From an uncultured Christensenella sp. (GTDB lineage: Bacteria; Bacillota; Clostridia; Christensenellales; UBA3700), in contig CASFWW010000038.1 in NCBI GenBank assembly GCA_949298505.1, forward strand, positions 28,725-92,724: a stretch of 64,000 nt of DNA. Reading direction: 5' to 3'. Positions 17,995-26,586 of the stretch are shown here, in pieces. Within the stretch, counting starts at the first letter, position 1. The number at the start of each line of letters is the position of its first letter. The notes below the pieces were generated by a model. The model did no database searches. It worked only from the letters and a program-made list of their open reading frames with translations, and was not told the origin of the DNA. The position numbers and the translations under genes are program-made.

Positions 17995-19047
17995 ATGGCA
18001 TTCAGAATGACTTTCAGATGGTACGGCGAGAACGACAAAGTGACGCTTGACGATATCAGGCAGATCCCTTGCGTGCAAGGCGTCGTTTCCGCGATCTACG
18101 ACGTTCCGGTCGGAGAGGTATGGCCGGAAGAAAAAATCGCAAGGCTGAAAAAACTTGCGAACGACAAGGGTCTTACCTTCGAGGTCGTAGAAAGCGTGCC
18201 CGTACACGAGGATATAAAGCTTGGCAATGCTAACGCCGCGAGACTCATCGAGAACTACAAAGAAAACGTCAGACGTCTCGGCAAAGCGGGAGTAAAGTGC
18301 ATCTGCTACAACTTCATGCCCGTGTTTGACTGGCTGAGAAGCAATCTTGCAAAAGAACTGCCCGACGGTTCCAACGCGCTTGCGTACGATCACGAGACCG
18401 TGCTCAGAATGAATCCGCTTACCAGCGAACTTTCTTTGCCGGGCTGGGACGCCAGCTATACCAGAGAGGGGCTCAAAGAGCTTCTTGAACAGTATAAGGA
18501 TATCGATGACGAAAAGTTGTGGGAAAACATGACAGTATTCCTCAAAGAGGTCATCCCCGTAGCCGAGGAGAGCGGAGTTAAGATGGCAATCCACCCCGAC
18601 GATCCGCCGTGGGGAATATTCGGTCTGCCCAGAGTTATAATCGACGAAAAGAATCTGAAGAGATTTTTGTCTATCGTCGACAGTCCGAGCAACGGCATTA
18701 CGCTGTGCACCGGTTCTCTGGGGGTAAATCCGATGAACAACCTCGTGTCCATGATAAACACATGTAAGGGCAGAATGCCTTTCGTGCACCTCAGAAACAT
18801 CAAGATCACCGGCGACCACTGCTTCGAAGAGAGCGGTCACCTCAGCGAGAAAGGAAGCCTTGACATGTACGATATAATCAAGGCGCTTTACGATGGAGAT
18901 TTCGACGGCTACGTACGTCCCGACCACGGCAGAATGATCTGGGGAGAGACGGGCAGAGCGGGATACGGTCTGTACGACCGCGCGCTCGGCGCAATGTATC
19001 TGCAAGGCATCATAGAAGCGGTTGAAAAGAATGCCGAGAAGAAGTGA
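17995..19047 (+). CDS. uxuA: Mannonate dehydratase
   Basis: MAFRMTFRWYGENDKVTLDDIRQIP is the canonical UxuA N-terminus; about 350 aa. Confidence 0.9.
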   Translation: MAFRMTFRWYGENDKVTLDDIRQIPCVQGVVSAIYDVPVGEVWPEEKIARLKKLANDKGLTFEVVESVPVHEDIKLGNANAARLIENYKENVRRLGKAGVKCICYNFMPVFDWLRSNLAKELPDGSNALAYDHETVLRMNPLTSELSLPGWDASYTREGLKELLEQYKDIDDEKLWENMTVFLKEVIPVAEESGVKMAIHPDDPPWGIFGLPRVIIDEKNLKRFLSIVDSPSNGITLCTGSLGVNPMNNLVSMINTCKGRMPFVHLRNIKITGDHCFEESGHLSEKGSLDMYDIIKALYDGDFDGYVRPDHGRMIWGETGRAGYGLYDRALGAMYLQGIIEAVEKNAEKK

Positions 19048-19097
19048 CGGCTTCAGAAAATTAAGAATCAATATAATATAAGGAAGGAGAAAAGATT

Positions 19098-19931
19098 ATG
19101 TCGGTCTACAAAGACAAAGTGGTAGTCATCACGGGCGCAGGCGGTATCCTGTGCAGTGAGATCGCAAAGGAATACGCTAAATGCGGCGCAAAGATAGCGG
19201 TGCTTGACCTCAACCCGGAAGCGGCTGAAAAAGTTGCGGCTGAGATAGTAAAGGACGGCGGCGTCGCCAAGGCATACAAGGTCAACTGCCTCGACAAGGA
19301 GAATATGGAACAGGCAAGAGTCGAGATCAACAAGGACCTCGGCAAATGCGACCTTCTCGTCAACGGCGCGGGCGGCAACAATCCCAAGGGCACGACGACC
19401 AACGACTATTTCGATATGGCGGACGTCGAAAACCCCGACGTAAAGAGCTTCTTCGACCTCGACGGCAGCGGCGTGGATTTCGTGTTCAAGCTCAACTTCC
19501 TCGCGACCTTCCTTACCACTCAGGTTTTTGCTAAAGACATGGTGGAAAGAGGGGGCAACATCATCAACATTTCTTCGATGAACGCGTTCAGACCCCTGAC
19601 CAGGATCCCCGCATACAGCGGCGCGAAAGCGGCGGTCAGCAACTTCACTCAGTGGCTCGCGGTGCACTTTGCGAAGGCGGGCATAAGAGTCAACGCGATC
19701 GCTCCCGGTTTCTTTGTCACCAATCAGAACAGGGCGCTTCTGTTCAACCCGGACGGTACTCCTTCGGCGCGTGCGGAAAAGATTCTTCGCGGCACTCCGA
19801 TGGGCAGATTCGGCGAAGCGAAAGAGCTTATGGGCACGATGCTGTGGCTCGCGGACGACGAGAAAGCGGGCTTCGTCACCGGCATTGTCGTTCCGATCGA
19901 CGGCGGTTTTTCCGCTTATTCGGGAGTCTGA
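19098..19931 (+). CDS. SDR-family oxidoreductase, probable D-mannonate/fructuronate oxidoreductase (YjmF-type)
   Basis: TGAGGILC cofactor motif, YSGAK active site, NGAGGNNP. Position directly after uxuA. Confidence 0.75.
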   Translation: MSVYKDKVVVITGAGGILCSEIAKEYAKCGAKIAVLDLNPEAAEKVAAEIVKDGGVAKAYKVNCLDKENMEQARVEINKDLGKCDLLVNGAGGNNPKGTTTNDYFDMADVENPDVKSFFDLDGSGVDFVFKLNFLATFLTTQVFAKDMVERGGNIINISSMNAFRPLTRIPAYSGAKAAVSNFTQWLAVHFAKAGIRVNAIAPGFFVTNQNRALLFNPDGTPSARAEKILRGTPMGRFGEAKELMGTMLWLADDEKAGFVTGIVVPIDGGFSAYSGV

Positions 19932-19952
19932 TAAAGGAAGGATACAGAGATT

Positions 19953-21227
19953 ATGAGTACTGTTGTGGTATTGGGTCTGGGTAACAGAGGCAAGAACTAC
20001 GGTGGACATCTCAACAAGCTGGAAGGCGTTAAGATAGTCAGCATCTGCGATAAATACCAGGTTAAGATAGATAAGGTAAAGAAGGCGTGGAACGTACCCG
20101 ACGACAAATGTTTTACCGACGAGGACAAGTTCTTCGCGCAGGGTAAGATAGCGGACGTCATGGTCATCGCGACTCAGGATCGCGACCATTACGGACACGC
20201 GATGAAGGCGCTCAACCTGGGTTATAACCTGCTTCTCGAAAAGCCTGTAAGCCCCGACATTAAAGAGTGTCTGGAGATTGAAAAACTCGCCAGAGAAAAA
20301 GGACTTAAAGTCCTGGTCTGCCACGTCCTCAGATACGCCAATTACTACCGCAGGATAAAGAGCATAATAGACAGCGGCGTGCTGGGCGAGATAAAGCTGA
20401 TCAAGCACGATGAACATATTTCCTGGTGGCATTTCTGCCACAGCTACGTCAGGGGCAACTGGCGCAGAGAAGAGGATACGACCCCGATGCTCCTCGCGAA
20501 ATGCTGTCACGACATGGATCTTCTGTACTGGTTCGCGGGCGCTAAATGCAAGAGCCTGTCCTCTTACGGCGATCTCAGCTATTTTACGAAGGCGAACGCT
20601 CCGAAGGGCGCGGCGGCTAACTGCTTCGACTGCCCGCACAGAGATAAGTGTATTTTCGAATGCACGTACCAGTACATAGGCAGAGGGCTTAAAAAGCAAA
20701 AATATCCGTGGGGAACGTACGCGTTCTGCACGACGGGTAAAAAGGCGGATATACTCAACGCGCTCAGAAACGACGAAAGAGGAAAACTCTGGTCGAGGTG
20801 CGTGTTCGGTTGCGATAACGACGTCGTTGACTGCCAGACCGTCAACATGGAGATGGAAAACGGCGTAAAGATAGTCATGACCGCCAACGCGTTCAACGAA
20901 AAAGATCACAGACATACAGAAATAAGAGGTACGAAAGGAGAGCTTATCGCCGATGACAGCGGCAGCGTTATCACGCTTAAGCTTTTCGATCAGAAACCGA
21001 AGAAGATAGTCGTCAACATAATCCCCGTGATAAAGGGACATTACGGCGGCGACCAGGGCATAACGAAATCGACTGCAGATATGCTTGCGGGAAGACTGGA
21101 TCCGAAATGGCAGTATACATGGATAAAGGATACCATCGAAAGTCACCGTATCGTCACAGCGGCGGAGATATCGCGCAAAAACGGCGGCAGAAAGGTCGAT
21201 ATGACGGAGATACCCGACATAGAATAA
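19953..21227 (+). CDS. Gfo/Idh/MocA family oxidoreductase (424 aa, Cys-rich insert)
   Basis: N-terminal Rossmann VVVLGLGNRGKNY, and EKPV motif (LLLEKPVSP). Long C-terminal domain. Confidence 0.8.
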   Translation: MSTVVVLGLGNRGKNYGGHLNKLEGVKIVSICDKYQVKIDKVKKAWNVPDDKCFTDEDKFFAQGKIADVMVIATQDRDHYGHAMKALNLGYNLLLEKPVSPDIKECLEIEKLAREKGLKVLVCHVLRYANYYRRIKSIIDSGVLGEIKLIKHDEHISWWHFCHSYVRGNWRREEDTTPMLLAKCCHDMDLLYWFAGAKCKSLSSYGDLSYFTKANAPKGAAANCFDCPHRDKCIFECTYQYIGRGLKKQKYPWGTYAFCTTGKKADILNALRNDERGKLWSRCVFGCDNDVVDCQTVNMEMENGVKIVMTANAFNEKDHRHTEIRGTKGELIADDSGSVITLKLFDQKPKKIVVNIIPVIKGHYGGDQGITKSTADMLAGRLDPKWQYTWIKDTIESHRIVTAAEISRKNGGRKVDMTEIPDIE

Positions 21228-21228
21228 T

Positions 21229-21678
21229 ATGAGGAAAGTTCTGGAAGGACGATACGTACTCACGCGCAAAGATCAGAGCACGCATTATAAGATACCTTTT
21301 ACCGTGCCCGAAGACGCGGAAAAAATGTTTATAAGCGTGGCTTACGAGCCCAAATACAACTACGACGAAGAGTACGGGCTCGACCTGATAGAAAAGAGCA
21401 TGATGAGACAGATCGGGGAGCCGGTCATGACGAGAGGCGAAATGCGCGCGCATCTTCCGCTCGACAATCATCTGTCTTTTTCACTCGATTCGCCATGCGG
21501 TGCGGTCGGAACGGCGCACAGGGGTAAAGACGAACAGAGTTTTACGATAAGCAAAGAGAGCGCGAACGGCGGTTTCAATCCTTGTAGCATAATTGCGGGA
21601 GAGTGGAAATTCACGGTGAGCGTGACATGCATAGTTACCGACGAGATTGCGGTTTCTCTGAGGATAGAGGTGGAATGA
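21229..21678 (+). CDS. Hypothetical protein (149 aa), possibly an accessory/N-terminal module of the downstream PHP hydrolase
   Basis: Tightly packed: begins 2 nt after the upstream stop, with an ATGA overlap downstream. No recognisable motif. Confidence 0.55.
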   Translation: MRKVLEGRYVLTRKDQSTHYKIPFTVPEDAEKMFISVAYEPKYNYDEEYGLDLIEKSMMRQIGEPVMTRGEMRAHLPLDNHLSFSLDSPCGAVGTAHRGKDEQSFTISKESANGGFNPCSIIAGEWKFTVSVTCIVTDEIAVSLRIEVE

Positions 21679-22640
21679 TGAAGTATTACAGATGCGAACT
21701 TCACACTCATACCACAGCGTCCGACGGCAGGATGGAGCCGGAAGAACTGGTCGGAAGAGCGCTTGAATGCGGCTACTCGACAATAGCGCTGACAGACCAC
21801 AACACGACCGCGAGCGTAAAGCGCGCGGTAGCGGAGGGAAAAAGGCGCGGACTGACCGTGATTCCCGGCATAGAATGGACGACGTTCTGGGGACACCTCA
21901 CCGTTATCGGAGGGAAAAGCGACGTGCTCTGGCGAGATATCACGCCGGAAAACGTCGCGGAGAAGATAAAAAGAGCGCAGGAGCTCGGAGACATCGTGAC
22001 TTTGGCTCACCCGGTCAGGATGGGGTACCCGCTTTGCAGCGGATGCCATTGCGAGTACGACATCGCAAAGCTTACCGGAGTGGACAATTACGAAGTCTGG
22101 TCTCACTACTATCCCAACGAGGGAGTGGTTGCGGCAAAGCAGAGGATGCAGTGGCTTTCCCTTCTTGCAGAGGGGCACAGGATCGCGGCTGTATACGGCT
22201 ATGACTGGCACAGAAGAGACGACGTTCCGCCTTCGTACGCATGCACGTACGTGGGAGCTGAAAGCGAAAAAGAAGAGGATATTTTCGCCGGCATAAAGAA
22301 CGGAGCGACATATATCGCCGTCGGCGTGGAGATCGTGTGCAGAGCGTTCTGCGGCGGGAAAGAATACGCGATAGGAAGCGAGCTTCCCGAAGGCGAGGTT
22401 GAGATCGAGCTGATCTGCACGAGAGCGGAAGATTACCGTTCGGACAAGCCGACAGAGCTTACGAGAGCGGAGATCGTCACGGAAAAGGGCGTGACCGTCC
22501 TGCCGGTCAGGTTCGGCGAAAAGGTCAGATCGAAGGCGGAGTTCGCAAGGTTTTGCGCCGTCTCGGTATACGGAGACAGAAAGAGGGAAGAACAACTGCT
22601 TGCGCAGACAAGCGCATTCTACAGAGGAGGAAGGCAATGA
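21675..22640 (+). CDS. PHP-domain metallohydrolase (CehA/McbA-like)
   Basis: YRCELHTHTTASDG, IALTDHN and LAHP metal-ligand motifs of the PHP fold. Confidence 0.75.
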   Translation: MMKYYRCELHTHTTASDGRMEPEELVGRALECGYSTIALTDHNTTASVKRAVAEGKRRGLTVIPGIEWTTFWGHLTVIGGKSDVLWRDITPENVAEKIKRAQELGDIVTLAHPVRMGYPLCSGCHCEYDIAKLTGVDNYEVWSHYYPNEGVVAAKQRMQWLSLLAEGHRIAAVYGYDWHRRDDVPPSYACTYVGAESEKEEDIFAGIKNGATYIAVGVEIVCRAFCGGKEYAIGSELPEGEVEIELICTRAEDYRSDKPTELTRAEIVTEKGVTVLPVRFGEKVRSKAEFARFCAVSVYGDRKREEQLLAQTSAFYRGGRQ

Positions 22641-23290
22641 TCACGGCACACGGCGGAGCGCTCGGAACGGGGCGTAACTCCAGGATCTACTTTGAGAATA
22701 TCAGCACTTTCAAAGCTGACGCGATAGAGGTGGACGTCCACAAACGCGGTGGCTTGCTGTATCTCAGCCATCTGCCGGCGCCCTTCTCATACAGAAAAAA
22801 GGTCACTCTTGCGGAGGCTTTTGCGTTTGCGAAAAAGAATAACGTCAAGATCAACTGCGATCTGAAAGGCAAAGGACTTGTGTCCGACGTGATCAAGCTT
22901 GCCAGAGAGATGGAAGTGACAGACCTTCTGATATTCACCGGCTCGGTCAGGCTGACCGACAGCGAAGCGCTGACCGAAGGCGAAGCGTGGGTCAACAGGA
23001 TAAAGGGTCTTTCATACAAAGCGAAGAACGTCGAGAAGATAAAAAAGGCGATCGAAGATACGAAAAATCCTCACTTCGCAGGGCTTAACATAAACAAGAT
23101 GTACGCTACGGACGCGTTTATGGAAGCGTGCAGAAAACACGGCGTTAGACTGTCCATATTTACCGTGGACAGCTATAAGGAGCTGAAAAGACTTGTCCCT
23201 ATGGGACCGGCAAACATAACTACAAACTATCCCGTCGTGGCGTCGACGATACTTTTCGAAACGCGCCAGGCGGAAAAGGAGAAAAAATGA
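22637..23290 (+). CDS. Glycerophosphodiester phosphodiesterase family protein (short form)
   Basis: MITAHGGA..GRNS, AIEVDVH and LSIFTVD resemble GDPD motifs. ATGA overlap on both sides. Confidence 0.65.
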   Translation: MITAHGGALGTGRNSRIYFENISTFKADAIEVDVHKRGGLLYLSHLPAPFSYRKKVTLAEAFAFAKKNNVKINCDLKGKGLVSDVIKLAREMEVTDLLIFTGSVRLTDSEALTEGEAWVNRIKGLSYKAKNVEKIKKAIEDTKNPHFAGLNINKMYATDAFMEACRKHGVRLSIFTVDSYKELKRLVPMGPANITTNYPVVASTILFETRQAEKEKK

Positions 23291-24429
23291 TAAGGGTCGC
23301 TGTCGTCGGAATAGGCAGAATGGGCGGGAAGCACGCGCGCAATTTCTGCAAGGGCGCCGTGAAGAACGTAAAACTCGTTGCGGTCTGCGATACGGACGAA
23401 AAGGTGCTTGACGCTTTCGGAGAAAAGCACGCAAACGTCGCCGTATATGCGGATTACGACAGGATGCTTTGTGAAGCGAAGCCCGACGCCGTTGTCGTCG
23501 CTACCCCTCATTATTCTCATTCCGAGCTTGCGAAAAAGGCGCTTAAAAAGGGGATAAGCGTGCTGGTCGAAAAGCCTATAACGGTCACTGTAAAAGATGC
23601 GGATTCACTGATAGAAGTCGCGAAGGCGCACCCCGAAGCTATCTTTGCGATCATGTACAACCAGCGCAGCAACAGCATTTACGCGCGGGCGAAAAAGATA
23701 ATCGAGAGCGGCAAGCTGGGCGATATTCAGAGGGCGGCGTTCACGATAACCGACTGGTACAGAACGCAGTACTACTACAATATGGGCGGCTGGCGCGCAA
23801 GCTGGTCGGGCGAAGGCGGCGGCACGCTGATAAACCAGTGCGTACATCAGCTTGACATCCTTCAATGGCTTCTCGGGATGCCGGAAAAGATCATTTCTAG
23901 ATGCAAGACGGAGGGCAGAAATATCACCACGGAAAACGACGTGACCGCGCTGTTCCTTTACAAGAACTTCGATTGCGTGTTCACCGCTTCGACGCACGAG
24001 CTTCCCGGCGAAAACCGTTTCGTGATCGTAGGGTCAAGAGGAACGATGGTGATCACGAGGCACAAAGCGGTGATAAAGTACCTTAAAATGGACGAAAAAG
24101 AGGTCAACGCGAGGGCGAAAAGGGATTACGGCAACAGCGCAGACAAGAAATATACTAAAAAGTATATGTTCTACGGTCTGAAAAACTATATCACGGACGG
24201 TCTGTACGGTCAGCAGTGCAACATCCTGAGAGATTTCGCGGCGGCGGTCGAGAAAAAGGATGCGTCACTGCTCAGAGCGCGCGGCGAAGAAGGCGTGAAC
24301 GCGCTGAATATCATAAACGCGATAAATATGTCAGCATGGAAAGGAACGGAGGTCGCGGTACCCGTTGATCCCGACGAATACGAGAAGATGCTCGCCGGAA
24401 AGATCGAAGGCGAGAAAAAGATAAAGTAA
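23287..24429 (+). CDS. Gfo/Idh/MocA family oxidoreductase
   Basis: MIRVAVVGIGRMGGKH, VLVEKPI, YNQRSN, GGWRASWSGEGGGTLINQCVHQLD. Clear paralog of 25402-26565. Confidence 0.85.
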   Translation: MIRVAVVGIGRMGGKHARNFCKGAVKNVKLVAVCDTDEKVLDAFGEKHANVAVYADYDRMLCEAKPDAVVVATPHYSHSELAKKALKKGISVLVEKPITVTVKDADSLIEVAKAHPEAIFAIMYNQRSNSIYARAKKIIESGKLGDIQRAAFTITDWYRTQYYYNMGGWRASWSGEGGGTLINQCVHQLDILQWLLGMPEKIISRCKTEGRNITTENDVTALFLYKNFDCVFTASTHELPGENRFVIVGSRGTMVITRHKAVIKYLKMDEKEVNARAKRDYGNSADKKYTKKYMFYGLKNYITDGLYGQQCNILRDFAAAVEKKDASLLRARGEEGVNALNIINAINMSAWKGTEVAVPVDPDEYEKMLAGKIEGEKKIK

Positions 24430-24454
24430 ATGCCGGTGAGGAGGATATACAATT

Positions 24455-25402
24455 ATGGCAAACATTAAGATTTCGGGCTTCTACGACGAAGTCAGTTCAA
24501 ATCTCGACGAACAGATCAAACTGATCAAAGAGTACGGCGAAAGCTACCTCTGCCCCAGAGTGGTGGACGGCAAGAACATCGCCAATTATACCGAGCAGGA
24601 GTTCAGAAGCACGATCAAGCCGCGCCTGGATAACGCAGGTATCAAGTTCTCCTCCATCGGTTCTCCGATAGGAAAGATCGGGCTTTACGACGACGAGGCT
24701 TACGAGTCTCAGCTCGCCAAGCTCAAGGAACTGGTCAAGATCTGCAAGGATATGGATTGCAAGTATATCAGAATGTTCTCATTCAGAGTAAAGGCAAGCG
24801 GGAACTACGACGAGTATTTCCCCGAAGTGGTCAAGAAACTGCGCGGCTTCCTCAAAGTAGTAGAGGGTACCGACGTGATCCTTCTGCACGAGAACGAAAA
24901 GAGGATATACGGCGACACTCCCGAAAGATGCCTGCAACTGTACAAGGAGATCAACCATCCTCAGTTCCAACTCGCGTTCGACGCATCCAACTTCATACAG
25001 TGCGGCGTAAACGTGCCCAAGGCGTATGAGATGCTCAAAGAATACGTGGTCTATTACCACATCAAGGACTGTTCCCCCGAAAAGGTGGAAGTTCCCGTCG
25101 GTCTCGGTCTCGGCAACTACAAGGAGATGATCAGGGACCTTATCGTGAACAGGAATTACGACGGGTTCATGACCCTGGAGCCGCACACCGGAAAATATGC
25201 CGATCACAAGAAGCTGTTCTACGTCTTCGGATGGTTCACATGGATGCTTCCTTACGTGGGCAAGTGGAACAGAGTGTTCAAGCGCATCAACGCCGCAAAG
25301 GGAATATCCCCTATGCAGAGCATTTCGAGAAAGGACATCTTCACCTGGCAGTATCAGGGACTCAAGGAAATAATCGACGAAGTCGAAAAGGAGAATAAAT
25401 AA
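24455..25402 (+). CDS. Sugar phosphate isomerase/epimerase (xylose-isomerase-like TIM barrel)
   Basis: Pattern of AP_endonuc_2/XylA-like barrels (YIRMFSF, ILLHENE, FDASNF, HIKD, TLEPH). Confidence 0.8.
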   Translation: MANIKISGFYDEVSSNLDEQIKLIKEYGESYLCPRVVDGKNIANYTEQEFRSTIKPRLDNAGIKFSSIGSPIGKIGLYDDEAYESQLAKLKELVKICKDMDCKYIRMFSFRVKASGNYDEYFPEVVKKLRGFLKVVEGTDVILLHENEKRIYGDTPERCLQLYKEINHPQFQLAFDASNFIQCGVNVPKAYEMLKEYVVYYHIKDCSPEKVEVPVGLGLGNYKEMIRDLIVNRNYDGFMTLEPHTGKYADHKKLFYVFGWFTWMLPYVGKWNRVFKRINAAKGISPMQSISRKDIFTWQYQGLKEIIDEVEKENK

Positions 25403-26565
25403 TGGATAAGGTCAGATACGGTATCATAGGTATCGGCAAACAGGGAAGCAACTACGCTAAGAGACTTTTCAAAGGCATGGACAAGAATGGTCAGCTCGTC
25501 GCGGTATGCGACATTGCCGAAGACCGCAGGAAGTGGGCTGAAGCGAACCTGCCCGGCGTAAAGGTCTTCAGCGATTACAAGGAAATGCTTGCGAGCAAAC
25601 TCATCGACGCGGTCATTATCGACACTCCTCATTACGCTCATCCGTCGATCGCGATAGAGGCGCTCACCGCAGGGCTCAACGTGCTTTGCGACAAGCCCGC
25701 CGGCGTATTTACCAAGGCGGTAAGAGAGGCGGCTGAGTTCGGCAAGACCAAGCCCGAGCTCAAGTTCGGTCTCCTCTACAACCAGCGCACCAACAAGGTT
25801 TACAAGAAAGCGAAAGAGATAATCGAGAGCGGAAGGCTGGGCAATCTCAAGAGAATAGTCTGGATAATCACCAACTGGTACCGTCCGCAGGCTTATTACG
25901 ACCAGGGCGGCTGGAGAGGCACATGGGCAGGCGAAGGCGGCGGCGTTCTCATCAATCAGGATCCGCATCAGCTTGACCTGTTCACCTGGCTTGCAGGCAC
26001 TCCGATAAAGAAGGTGTGGAGCAACGCCAAGACGGTGGGCAGAAAGATAAACGTGGAAAACGACGTCACCGCGGTATGCGAGTTCGAAAACGGCGCGACC
26101 GGCGTGTTCATCACGTCGACTCACGACGCTCCCGGCACGAACAGACTTGAGATCACCGGCGACGGCGGCAAGATCGTCATCGAGGGAAGCAACGACGTCA
26201 GCATGAAGCTGAAGTTCACTGAAAACAGCGTCCCCGAACCCGAATTTTCCAAGACGAACAAAGTGTTCATGGGCAAGATCCCCAACAAGGTCACCAAGTA
26301 CAAACTGGGACTTGTCGATATCATAAAGGGCATCATCGAACAACAGCACATCGTCGTCATCCGTAATTTCTCTGAAGTTGTGCTCGGCAAGACGGACAAG
26401 CTGGTCGCTCCGTATGCCGACGGTCTGAACGGACTGGGCTTCTCCAACGCGATCCACCTCTCCGCATGGACGGGCAAAGAGGTCGTCTATCCTTACGACG
26501 AAGATCTCTACATCAAAGAACTTGACAAGAGGATAGAAGAAGAAAAGAATTCAGGCGTAAAGTAA
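25402..26565 (+). CDS. Gfo/Idh/MocA family oxidoreductase
   Basis: YGIIGIGKQGSNY, VLCDKPA, YNQRTN, GGWRGTWAGEGGGVLINQDPHQLD. TAATG overlap with the upstream gene. Confidence 0.85.
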   Translation: MDKVRYGIIGIGKQGSNYAKRLFKGMDKNGQLVAVCDIAEDRRKWAEANLPGVKVFSDYKEMLASKLIDAVIIDTPHYAHPSIAIEALTAGLNVLCDKPAGVFTKAVREAAEFGKTKPELKFGLLYNQRTNKVYKKAKEIIESGRLGNLKRIVWIITNWYRPQAYYDQGGWRGTWAGEGGGVLINQDPHQLDLFTWLAGTPIKKVWSNAKTVGRKINVENDVTAVCEFENGATGVFITSTHDAPGTNRLEITGDGGKIVIEGSNDVSMKLKFTENSVPEPEFSKTNKVFMGKIPNKVTKYKLGLVDIIKGIIEQQHIVVIRNFSEVVLGKTDKLVAPYADGLNGLGFSNAIHLSAWTGKEVVYPYDEDLYIKELDKRIEEEKNSGVK

Positions 26566-26586
26566 GCTTAAAGGGAAGGATAAATC

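Noticed and set aside
19068-21269. A 733-aa minus-strand ORF antisense to the SDR and Gfo/Idh/MocA genes. Similar long antisense ORFs occur at 55787-57868, 28467-30254, 10158-11519, 21468-22637, 17962-19071, 25354-26457, 46245-47201, 51171-52022, 53183-54040 and 16574-17509.
   Set aside because: All lie opposite genes with unmistakable conserved motifs. Their translations are Arg/Val/His-rich and low-complexity, and they lack RBS and family motifs. This is the expected stop-codon depletion on the antisense strand of GC-biased coding sequence.
21229-22640. The 149-aa ORF and the PHP ORF, considered as a frameshifted pseudogene of one longer CehA/McbA-type gene.
   Set aside because: The junction is a clean ATGA start/stop overlap, with a plausible second Met start (MMKYYRCELHTHT). 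The same coupling style is used elsewhere in this operon. A true split cannot be excluded without homolog comparison.
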